From NCBI GenBank assembly GCA_951804945.1, contig OX638155.1, forward strand, positions 17,422,001 through 17,486,000: a DNA stretch of 64,000 nucleotides, given 5' to 3'. The notes beneath the pieces were generated by a model. It worked only from the letters and a program-made list of their open reading frames with translations. It searched no databases and was not told the DNA's origin. Origin of the DNA: Podarcis cretensis. Its lineage: Eukaryota. Below are positions 53,102 through 64,000 of the stretch, piece by piece. A program made the translations under genes and the position numbers. The number at the start of each line of letters is the position of its first letter. Position 1 is the stretch's first letter.

Positions 53102-55155
53102 GCCTAACTAGCTTCACAGCCACAAAGGCACATTTTAATTTAGAATATTTTTTGTGGGTATGTTCAATATTTTGGTCACAAGCAACTGAAGAGCTTCTAT
53201 ATACCCTGCTTGACATAGTATGTGTCTGGATCTGATACCAACAGTTTAATTCTTTCTAGTAAATCTGATAGAAGAGAACGCAGAAGACTGAACCATAAGA
53301 CAACAACTGTGGCATCATGAATGGATGGCAGAAAAAAGGAAACAAAATTGTGTATGTTGATGAGAAACAGATATATTTAAACCATTTAGGTAGGAAAGCA
53401 GCACCATAGTGACCATAGGTCTCAACTCAGATTTTGACCAACTTGGATGTCAGAAGAAACAAAATAGCATCCTATGAAGGCTACATCAAGGGAATGAGCA
53501 TTCTAATGAGATGACAACCTATTTTAATTGGACCCATGTTAGAAACACAGATATATAAGCTAAGTGACAAACGGATCTTTAAACCAGGGTTACAGTCGCC
53601 CAAATGGGATGCCTAGTTGCCATTTTTGGCCAGATGGCTCGGAAGTCATATTTTTCAATACAACTTTTTGGCCAGGTGCAAAATATGCCTGATACCTGGC
53701 GAAACCTGAGTGCTGAATTGGACATACATGTGTATCTTCTAGACAAAGAATTTTCCATTGATTTGTGCAGGCTAGATGTGTATATAAATAATCCTGGCTC
53801 CTGCAAATTTACAAGAAGGTGCAAGAAAGAAAGAAAAGAATATATCAAAGCTTTATTGATAAGCAGGGTCTCCACTGAGATAAAGACACAGTGCAGAAGC
53901 AGACAGTTTTGAACAGGGGCACTGGACCCGCTTACAAATTGCACAGGAGATCATAGGATTTGACAAGACCTAGACATCATCTGGAGACCCGTTTTCATAC
54001 TCAAAGGAGCAAAATGGTAAAGGGCTGATATCTTCAGTACTTCCTTTTGTATCTCTCCCCTGCTGCTGTGACCTAGATGAGCATTAATAAGTGGGGAAGA
54101 AAATGTTATACATATAAAGAAAAAAAGTTCAAGCAGGGGAAAAATATATAATGAAGCAGAAGCCAGTTAGCGTGAACTTTAAAGTTCTCACCAATGACAT
54201 TTTGAAACATGTCACATTTTCAGCTTTTGAATAATGTAGTGAAAGATCAGATCTTAACCAGGAATTGAAGTTCGGGATCAAACATCAGCTGCAAAATTAG
54301 CATGCAAATGGAAAGGTATTGCCACTACATTAAATATACCTGCACACTGCTCTAAAGGTGGGAAGGGTTTGGTCGCCTACAATATTAGAATATTGGTAAT
54401 AATAAGAGCCTTCTGTGTAATGTGCACACACACACAGAGAGAGACATTTACACAACCAGTTGACTCATGCATGTATTTATTTGCTTTCAGGGACCACACT
54501 GTATGAAAGCAGGTGCCATATGCTATCTGCAACAACTAGGGCAAATTCTAAATCTGTACTCAAATTTCTACAAGTCAAACCTTACTCAGCAATTTCATAC
54601 AACCCACACCTGGATGTATTCCTGCATTCTCCTTGCTGCTCTTGTTTACTGGAATAGGTCATACAAACAGAGAGAGTTGCATGCAGCTGTGAATGGGTGG
54701 GTATTATGTCTGCAAAGTGTCATTCCTTAACACCATAAAAATTAACTTTATACAAATAAGGGGAGAAAAATGTGGAACTGTGGAAGCTTAAATAACCCTC
54801 CCCCCACAAAAGCTTCCCCACTTTTTTGCCTTCTGGGTTTAATAACAGGTCCCAGTAATTATATTTAGTATAACATTGGACAAAGGATATCTTTGGGGAA
54901 GAAAAAATACAGGAAAAAAATATAATTCAGGAAGATGATTCTAATATTACTTTTTATTAGCTTCATTTCATGATATTGCTCCTTGAAAAGATATGAAAGA
55001 TTGAAGAGTTCTGCAGTTATTGTTTTCTCGGTGACTTTACCACAGGAGTTGGAAAGTTTTGTTACCAAGAAAATGAAATCCATTATACCTGACAGCTGCA
55101 CAGCCAAAGCTTCATGCATCTGAAGCCAAACTTGAGATTCCACGATCATGAAGTA

Positions 55156-55521
55156 AAGGTAAAGGTAAAGGTACCCCTGCCCGTACGGGCCAGTCTTGAC
55201 AGACTCTGGGGTTGTGCGCCCATCTCACTTAAGAGGCCAGGGGCCAGCGCTGTCCGGAGACACTTCCGGGTCACGTGGCCAGCGTGACATCGCTGCTCTG
55301 GCGAGCCAGAGCCGCACACAAAAATGCCGTTTACCTTCCCGCTGGTAAGCGGTCCCTATTTATCTACTTGCACCCGGAGGTGCTTTCGAACTGCTAGGTT
55401 GGCAGGCGCTGGGACCGAGCAGCGGGAGCGCACCCCGCCGCAGGGATTCGAACCGCCGACCTTTCGATCGGCAAGTCCTAGGCGCTGAGGCTTTAACCCA
55501 CAGCGCCACCTGCGTCCCTTT
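55156..55521 (-). mobile_element. Sauria SINE, young CpG-rich subfamily
   Basis: TSD ACGATCATGAAGTA at 55142-55155 and 55522-55535; intact A/B boxes. Confidence 0.93.
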
Positions 55522-55846
55522 ACGATCATGAAGTAGCAGTCCTTAAACCTGCCGTGAAAATCTCTGTGATCAAATGTTGACTAGAACCCACAAGATTCCA
55601 GACATTCACTCATAACACTCATTTTTCAATGAGCAGAGTTCTTTAAAAGAATGACCTCACAGATTTATCTCTGTTAAACTGTTAGTGAAGTCTTGATGGG
55701 GAAAGTGAGCTCCTGAACCAGGTCAGCAAACTCTGTCCTTTTCACTTTATGACTTTTCTTCATTCTATCACATTTGTCTTTTCTTTCAGCTTCTTTTGCA
55801 GTCTCTCTCTGCCTCCTCCGTTTCCTCCTTGATCACACTCAACTTC

Positions 55847-56099
55847 CAGTGTGAGTGTAGTGGTTAAGAGTGGTAGTCTCATAATCTGGGGAACCGGGTT
55901 CGCGTCTCCGCTCCTCCACATGCAGCTGGTGGGTGACCTTGGACCAGTCACACTTATTTGAAGTCTCTCAGCCCCACTCACCTCACAGAGTGTTTGTTGT
56001 GGGGGGGGGGGGAGGGAAAGGAGAATGTTAGCCACTTTGAGACTCCTGAAGGGGAGTGAAAGGCGGGGTATCAAATCCAAACTCTTCTTCTTCTTCTTC
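55847..56099 (+). mobile_element. tRNA-derived SINE of a second family (Squam3-like)
   Basis: Head GTGTAGTGGTTAAGAG…GGGTTCGCGTCTCC, MIR/CORE-like GGGTGACCTTGG.CCAGTCAC, L2-like end GGCGGGGTAT, (CTT)n tail. Confidence 0.7.
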
Positions 56100-57394
56100 C
56101 CAGTTTATGTGCATAGAGAGGAGACTGTCTTCACATTGATGTCAACATCCCCACATTACTTTCAATCCAGATGTGTTCTCCTCCATATAGGCATAATGCA
56201 AGCTCACTAGTAAGTCAGGAGGCTGTCAGACATTTGATGAAAACCACAATAAAATCCTTCCTTGCCTCAGTTGCAAACACTAGGTGGTTTCAGATAAACA
56301 AGTGATCACTGAATTGGTTAACACCACTCTAAAAACAAATGAATCATTACATGGTGACTTTATACTATTACAATGCAAGTTTTCCATCCAAAGCGTTTAT
56401 GTGGCTAATAGAAGCAATGGGATAATAATTGTGCAAAGTACTGGTAAGGAAAAAACAACAACCCACTAGCTTTTTACTTGATTATGAACATTTAGACTCA
56501 ATAAAGTTATTATTAATTATGTGTATTCAGGTACACAGGAATACAGCCAAAGATATATCCTACTTATACTTTTATAATTTATCAGTGTCAACTCAAAATA
56601 AACTATTATTATTTATTGAATTTATATACCGCCCTATACCCAGCACGGGAAAGAAAGGAACTATGTCATTCAGTTTTTCTGTGAATGTGATCATTCTCAT
56701 AAACATGCAATGTATAGTTTGAATTTGAAAAGAAGGTGTCAAAGAAAAACATGGTGTTGTATCTATAAATTAACTTATACATGTCAGCTCATTATATATT
56801 TCAGTCCAGGTGACAATTTTAAATATATGTCTCCTTTACACCAGCCTTTGTACAAGTATTTATGTATTGGTTTTCCTTATCTCTTAGAGCTTTCTCAAAC
56901 CATTTTCTGTTACTTCAAACGGCATTTGATATATTTGGGCACATGGAATCAAGTAACACCACCAAATAAGAGCTGTTTGGCAATGGAATGGATTACCTTG
57001 AAAGGTGGTGGACTGAGTTTATTAAAAACATGTGTTTGTAAAATAAATAAATAAATAAGGAAAGGGTTCTGACCTCCCTTTGTCTCCTCAGCCTGGTCCT
57101 CAGACCCTTGTCGGCACAAAGGAGTCCACAAGAATATCCTTGCAGAGTGCTTTCTGCTTTTATTCTTAAAAGTCTTTGTGCAAAAGCAACTGACCAACTA
57201 TACACACAACACTACCAGCTTTTACTAACCAACCAACCAACCCACCCAACAAACTAACATTTGTCACTCTATATATACAACCCAGTGCAGGCCGCTGACT
57301 CATGCTGACCCTGCTTTTTAAGCATTAAAGAAACAGTGGCCATTTTAGCCGTGACAAAACAGAGGTTGACTGACCATATCTCATGAATTCTTCG

Positions 57395-57615
57395 GCTGCC
57401 ATTCCTGCACTGCAGGGGGTTGGACTAGATCACGCACCCCCAAACTCAGCCTTCCAGCTGTTTGGGGACTACAATTCCCATCATCCCTGACCACTGGTCC
57501 TGTTAGCTAGGGATGATGGGAGTTGTAGTCCCAAAACAGCTGAAGGACTGAGTTTGGGGATGCCTGGACTAGATGATCCTCAATGTCCCTCCACTTCTAC
57601 AATTCTATAATTCAT
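57395..57615 (+). mobile_element. CR1 3' end split by a MITE
   Basis: GGGGGTTGGACTAGAT|GATCC…TTCTACAATTCTAT terminus. Confidence 0.7.
57431..57566. mobile_element. hAT palindromic MITE
   Basis: TIR CAGGCATCCCCAAACTCAG; perfect TSD GACTAGAT. Confidence 0.9.
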
Positions 57616-58920
57616 AGAAATGCTGCAGAGGCTGGCAATGAATATTTCTTTTTGCCATCCCTGCTTTGGCTACTTAATATCAGTAAAAGAGTTGTGACTA
57701 TATATGTAGACCACATGTTGGTACTATGCAGAATCAGTTCATGCAACTGGCACTTTTATATGATCCTCTGTCAGGCCACAAGGCCAATGGCAGCTCCACA
57801 CATTCCCACTGACCAAACCAGCTTAAAAGTTCTAGGGTCCATCTGGAATAAACATCCTAAAAAGACAAGGTTTTTTCCTAAAGGTCACTTCTCTATCTCA
57901 TGCTACTTAGTGAGGAAAAATAATGCTCAAACAAAGCTTTCTTCCAATGGTATCCCAAAGTCCTTAACACTCATTCATCACATTCGCCAAATGACACTCT
58001 CCAGAAATGAACTATTTTACAACATTTATAGTTTCCTTTTCCTTTTCTTCATACCTCATGGTTATATGACATGCCTTCGCTCTGGAAGCCTAATTCATCA
58101 TTTTCTTTTTGCGCACACACGCTACTTTTGCTCTGTTGGATTTCAAGCTAAGTATAGAAACAAGAACAGTACACCAGGGAATTCAATCCCCAAGCAAGGA
58201 CCTAAGATCTTCCTTCCAAAATCTCCAGCAATGGCATATAATGTCAAAAATGATCACAGTGTTCTACTTTTGTATATGAGCAAGCTGGAAAGAATGAGAC
58301 CCTAGTAATAAGGCACCCATCCAAATTTCTTCATATGGATGGCATTTGCTTCAAGGAATACAGCCCCATCACCAGAATTTTCCATTCCTTTCAGTACCCA
58401 TGAATAACCATATTATTCCTTATGTATTTTGCAGTACTTTTTTGTGGATCTCATTTAGGCCCCTTTTCAGTCACAAATGGGGAAAAAAAATAGTTCAATG
58501 TTATTTTCCATAATAAGGTTCTTACTGACTGCAAGCCTGTCAAAGTGAACTACTTAATGTAAGAAGGTAAGAAGACTGCCCATTTGATCCAGGATCCTGT
58601 TTTCACAGAGGCTAACCAGGTGCCCATGGGAAACCCGTAAGCAGCACTCCCCTCTCCTGTGGTTTTTAGCAACGGGTCTTCAGAAGCAGAGGCAGAGCAT
58701 AGCCATCATGGTTAGCAGCCACTAATAACCTTATCTTCTATGAATGTGCCCAATCCTATAGGCTGGTGGCCATCACTGCAACACAATCCCATACATGCCT
58801 TCTCAGAGGTAAGTCTCTGGATTTAATGGATGGCTTGATGAATATGTTGACCCAGCATGCAGCAGCAGTGAAAAGGGGTAGATGTTAAACCTATATGCAT
58901 ACCCATCTCATTATTTGGAC

Positions 58921-59411
58921 TGTTGTTGTTGTTTAGTCGTTTAGTCATGTCCGACTCTTCATGACCCCATGGACCAGAGCACGCCAGGCACTCCTGTTTT
59001 CCACTGCCTCCGGCAGTTTGGTCAAGCTCATGCTGGTAGCTTCGAGAACACCGTCCAACCATCTCGTCCTCTGTTGTCCCCTTCTCCTTATGCCCTCCAT
59101 CTTTCCCAACATCAGGGTCTTTTCCAGGGAGTCTTCTCTTCTCATGAGGTGGCCAAAGTATTGGAGCCTCAGCTTCAGGATCTGTCCTTCCAGTGAGCAC
59201 TCAGGGCTGATTTCCTTCAGAATGGAGAGGTTTGATCTTGCAGTCCATGGGACTCTCAAGAGTCTCCTCCAGACCATAATTCAAAAGCATCAATTCTTCG
59301 GTGATCAGCCTTCTTTATGCTCCAGCTCTCACTTCCATACATCACTACTGGGAAAACCATAGCTTTTACTATATGGACCTTTGTTGGCAAGGTGATGTCT
59401 CTGCTTTTTAA
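58921..59411 (-). mobile_element. Bov-B LINE 3' fragment
   Basis: ORF WRRLLRVPWTARSNLSILKEISPECSLEGQILKLRLQYFGHLMRR…AWRALVHGV; (CAA)n tail; homologous to 11593-12274. Confidence 0.92.
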
Positions 59412-59460
59412 AATTCCAACATACATTGCCACTATTTATTTAGCAAGTTCTTAAACTAGG

Positions 59461-59640
59461 TACTGTTCCGGTGGGAAGGTAAACAGCATTTCCGTGTGCT
59501 GCTCTGGTTCGCCAGAAGCTGCTTAGTCATGCTGGCCACATGACCTGGAAGCTGTACGCCGGGTCCCTCAGATAGTAAAGCAAGATGAGCATTGCAACCC
59601 CAGAGTTGTCCGCAACTGGACCTAACAGTCAGGGGTCCCT
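59461..59640 (+). mobile_element. 5'-truncated Sauria SINE
   Basis: 3' half only, flanked by TSD TTAAACTAGG at 59451-59460 and 59641-59650. Confidence 0.88.
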
Positions 59641-60044
59641 TTAAACTAGGAATTAATAATTAGATCAATAGTTTTGTTTCATTTTATAACATTTTTTTTT
59701 AAAAAATGCAAATAATTAATATGTTGCACACACGAACAAAAATACTATGCCCTATATATATTCACTTGTTATATATTGGTTGACATGTTGGAATCCTCAG
59801 CTATCACCTTCCCTCTGTCTTGCTCCAATTCAAAAACAAAAAAAGGAGGGGAGAATGAGATTTGGAATGCACAGAACCCCAGTCTCCAGGGACACTAAAA
59901 CTGGCCACCCATGACTGACAAATAGACGCCTTGCTTGTATTTTTCGTTAGGTGAGAATTGCAGATACTGGCACATTAGTTTTTCACCTCAGCATCTGTTT
60001 TTAATGTGTTCCTAAATTTCCCAGTTTCTACGGGTAACAACATA

Positions 60045-60405
60045 AAAAGGTAAAGGTACCCCTGCCCATATGGGCCAGTCTTTACAGACTCTGGGGTTGT
60101 GCGCCCATCTCACTCAAGAGGCCGGGGGCCAGCGCTGTCCGGAGACACTTCCGGGTCACATGGCCAGCGTGACATCGCTGCTCTGGCAAGCCAGAGCCGC
60201 ACACGGAAATGCCGTTTACCTTCCCGCTGGTAAGCGGTCCCTATTTATCTACTTGCACCCGGAGGTGCTTTCGAACTGCTAGGTTGGCAGGCGCTGGGAC
60301 CGAGCAGCGGGAGCGCACCCCGCCGCAGGGATTCGAACCGCCGACCTTTCGATCGGCAAGTCCTAGGCGCTGAGGCTTTAACCCACAGCGCCACCTGCGT
60401 CCCTA
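60045..60405 (-). mobile_element. Sauria SINE, young subfamily
   Basis: TSD GGTAACAACATA at 60033-60044 and 60406-60417; near-identical to 55156-55521. Confidence 0.93.
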
Positions 60406-60533
60406 GGTAACAACATAGCCCTGAGCAATAGGTGTTTTCTTTTATTTCCGTTGCTTCTAAAAGGGAGGGAGGGAAACAAGATGCACAAAAGGCAAAAATA
60501 AAAAAAATAAAAAACATGCATAAGAGTCTGCTA

Positions 60534-60897
60534 AAGGCAAAGGTAAAGGTACCCCTGATTGTTAGGTCCAGTCATGGACGACTCTGGGGTTGTGCACTCA
60601 TCTTGCTCTATAGGTCAAGCGAGCCGGCATTTGTCCACAGACAGCTTCCAGGTCATGTGGCCAGCATGACTAAACCACTTCTGGCGAACCAGAGCAGCAC
60701 ACGGAAATGCTGTTACCTTCCCACTGGAGTGGTACCTATTTATCTACTTGCACTTTGACGTGCTTTCGAATTGCTAGGTGGGCAGGAGCTGGGACCAAGC
60801 AAAGGGAGCTCATCCCATCGTGGGGAATTGAACCGCTGACCTTCTGATCGGCAAGCCCTAGGTTCTGTGGTTTAGACCACAGCCCCACCCACGTCCC
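60534..60897 (-). mobile_element. Sauria SINE
   Basis: Consensus match; TSD AAGAGTCT(G/A)CTA. Confidence 0.9.
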
Positions 60898-62167
60898 AAG
60901 AGTCTACTACTCCCAGCCTATATAGAGCTTGCAAATGCTTTTAAAGCAGCATTTTTGCCTATTCATCCTATTCAACCCAGACACTGCCATAAATGTAACT
61001 AACTTAAACTTGTTGACACAGGTGTACCAAAGTAATTTCCAGTTCAAATCCCCAACATTTGCTCATGGAACGTCCAACACATCGTCTGCCACCACTACCC
61101 CGTATACCTTTATATGCAACATGGCTGAATAATCAATAGTTTTCTATTAACAACAGCAGCAGCAGCAGCAACCTCTATTTAAGGAAGGCAGAGAATATGT
61201 ATGCAAAGTGTTTTAAATACTTCAAATGCTCCTTATAGAGAGCATCATCAAAATCATTATCATTTAGGTTAAGACAAAAATTCCATTTTTAAAAATATGG
61301 ATGGAGGTATACATTTATGTATTTTCATAACTTGTACCCCACTTTATAAGCAGAAACTCAAAGTGGTTTACATCATAAAAAGAACAAGACATTGCATAAT
61401 ATATGGAAACTGCTACTTACTGGAGTACAGAATACCTATGATTGAAATAATGAATATGAGAACAAATCGGAAAGAAGAAACATGAAGACTGCAACCCAAT
61501 TCTTTGCAGTACTTGGACAGTGAGAGGGGAAATGTGTTGAGATGTTCTGACAATGATTTGCAGGATTTCCCCAAGTTAACATCCAAAGAGACAGAATATG
61601 GAAGGGGGAGAAAGAGATATGAAGAAGCATACATACGCCACACAAATGGAGGGCTTTATTAACACAGCCATATCAAAATGTCATGGGGTTTTCTGGTGCA
61701 GGCATCTGGCTGCAGTGACATGTCTTGCTTTATCTTGTCACACTCATCTTGTACAGTGCAATCTTTTACTGGTGACGCTTCACAGCAGTGACACATCTAT
61801 CAGACTAAATATATAGGGTCAGATTCACTGAGGCAGGCACAGAGAGGTTTAAATTACTACCCATCATGTCCGCCTGTCCCTTTGCATAGTCCCTCGTTAT
61901 CTCATGCCAACCCTGCAGGGAAGACAGATGGTACTGCTGGTGACATATGTACCCAGGGCATCCTCCATGACTGGTCAGCTTAAATATGCACCACAAACTC
62001 CATGAGATCTCCCACAGTAGCAGAAAACACATCATTCTGTACCTTGACCAAGTCATCCCTGTACCCAGTACTACGTCCTTTCACCCATCTTGGCCAAAAT
62101 AGAGCAAAAGGTAATGACTTCATTTCAATAACATCTCTGCCTGCTATTGGAGGTTTCTTCACTTATC

Positions 62168-62211
<44 letters not shown>

Positions 62212-62608
62212 TTTTATTTATATCCCACCTTCCCCAGCTGAAGCCAGGCTTAGAGCAGCTAACAACAGTAAAATAATACAACATTCTAAAATCATTTCAT
62301 TATAAAATCAGTTCAAATCAGATTAATGGCAACCATTGGGCTAGAGTTCTGTGAGGATTGCCAAAGGAGGGGGTCAGGCTGTGCCCTGGCCAAAGGCCTG
62401 GTGGAACAGCTCTGTCTTGCAGGCCCTGCGGAAAGATGTCAAGTCCCGCAGGGCCTTAGTCTTTTGTGACAGAGCGTTCCACCAGATCAAGGCCATGGCC
62501 GAAAAAGCCCTGGCTCTGGTTGAGGCCAGCCCAACCTCTCTGTGGCCTGGGACCTCCAAGATGTTTTGTTTCAAGACGATAAGGTCCTCCGTGGAACATA
62601 CCAGGAGA
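62168..62608 (-). mobile_element. L2-clade LINE 3' end with (TAA)n
   Basis: ORF …LEVPGHREVGLASTRARAFSAMALIWWNALSQ…SFRRACKTELFHQAF. Confidence 0.8.
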
Positions 62609-63050
62609 GGCAATCACTCGTAGCCAAGTAATATAATAATTTAATAATAATAATTTATTATTTATACCCCACCCATCTGGCTGGGTTTCCCCAGCCACTC
62701 TGGGCAGCTCCCAATCGAATATTAAAAGCACAATACAACATTAAACATAAAGAGTAAGATTGTTGTCCATGAACACAGTTTTAACAGTGAGTCCGTAAGT
62801 AGAGGCCAGTTCTGGATCCACAAGTCCTTCCACAGTGGGGACATAGGTTTCTGGGCAGGAGTTGATCATGGTGAGGGTTTGCCAAATGTGCCTTCCTCTT
62901 TGCTCATTTCTCCCTTTCATTCTGAGTTTGGGCGTCTTTAAAGCCCATGACACCTTTGGTAAAGGCTGTTCTCCAATTGGAGCACTCGCAGGCCAGTCTT
63001 TCCCAGTTGTCAGTTTATACTACAGTACTTTTCTTTAGTTTTGCCTTGAT
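62609..63050 (-). mobile_element. RTE-clade LINE 3' fragment, interrupted by an L2 3' end
   Basis: Reverse-complement match to 2725-3073. Insert at 62632-62752 flanked by AGTAA duplication. Confidence 0.8.
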
Positions 63051-64000
63051 TCTTCAATTATAGCCTTCACCCTTCAGAGAAAGGAACCTTGATGAATATA
63101 CAGAACTTTGTGGAGGTATGTTGCATTGCAACAGAAGCCTGGGAGTGGTGTCCTTATGGCATCTTTCCTGTGCCAAGACAACAAACTATAATAAAACTAT
63201 AATAAAAGGACCAGCAGGTCCAAGGCAAGCAATTTAGTTCCTGCTTATGCTGGTACCACATTACCTGGAGGCTGGGCAATGTTAATACACAATGGAACCA
63301 CATCACTGGTCCCATCATGGTTCATTTATGCAAAATGATATTGAAGCAGCCTGGGAGGAAGTACAGTGGAGGTGAAAGGCAATCAGGGAAAAAATAGGAG
63401 ATGTGCTTCAGGGTGCTTCTAAGTATAGGACAATATCACACAAAACTAGGAGTTTGGGTTTTGCAGACTTTTGATTTTGCAGCCGACATGGAAAGTCTCC
63501 AGAGAAATGTGTCATACCACTTTTTAAGTGACACGCATACTAAGAATGGCCAAGGTGGGATGATCATTTAGTGTAAATGCTTAGGCTGTGTACACAGCAT
63601 AGATTCAAAGCACATTTAAACCACATGGCTTCCCCATGTGTACTTCCCCGTTTACAGAGCTACAATTCCCATTGCCCTTAACAAACTACACTCTTAAACT
63701 GTTGAATAGCTTGAAGATCATGATAAGCTTTGATTTTCTATTTTCTACTGTGTCCCTTGAATCACTTACACACTTCTCATTAACCATCTTCAGAGGCAGA
63801 AAGCACAAACGCTATTGCAGGAGCACAGCAGCTTTGGTTTACTCTGGTTCACAAAGGACTTTCTTTAATTCATGAGCAGGTGTTTCTATTTAAGCTTTAG
63901 AATCAACATGAATTCATGATTTCAATATGAAATCCTGTTGGGGCTGCTGCATTTCACTTAACATTGTCAAATCCTTTCAAAATGATATGTTCCTTATGTT

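Noticed and set aside
57583-58305. 240-aa ORF, the longest in the window
   Set aside because: It starts in a CR1 tail, has no recognisable domain and has non-coding-like composition. It is most likely a chance ORF.

Overview
This is vertebrate genomic DNA from a squamate lizard (lacertid-like, inferred from Sauria SINEs, Bov-B and lizard-type MITEs). The only host coding exon is the first coding exon of cadherin-18 (CDH18) on the minus strand: exon 32966-33459, 76 codons, with a 5'UTR rich in upstream ORFs. The rest of the window appears to be CDH18 intron, filled with retroelements (9 Sauria SINEs, Bov-B, RTE, RTE-X-like, L2, CR1, solo LTRs), hAT and Tc1/mariner MITEs, microsatellites and one 236-N gap. 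The most striking structure is a 1.39-kb composite at 10990-12380. A ~138-bp hAT-type MITE with both TIRs and an 8-bp TSD carries a full-length, ORF-intact HYPK retrocopy and, 25 bp away and head-to-head, a Bov-B 3' fragment. Each insert has its own TSD. The retrocopy lies sense to CDH18, has a poly(A) signal, and sits behind a cryptic splice acceptor that would be in frame with the CDH18 exon. All family assignments are from recall of motifs, not from database searches.
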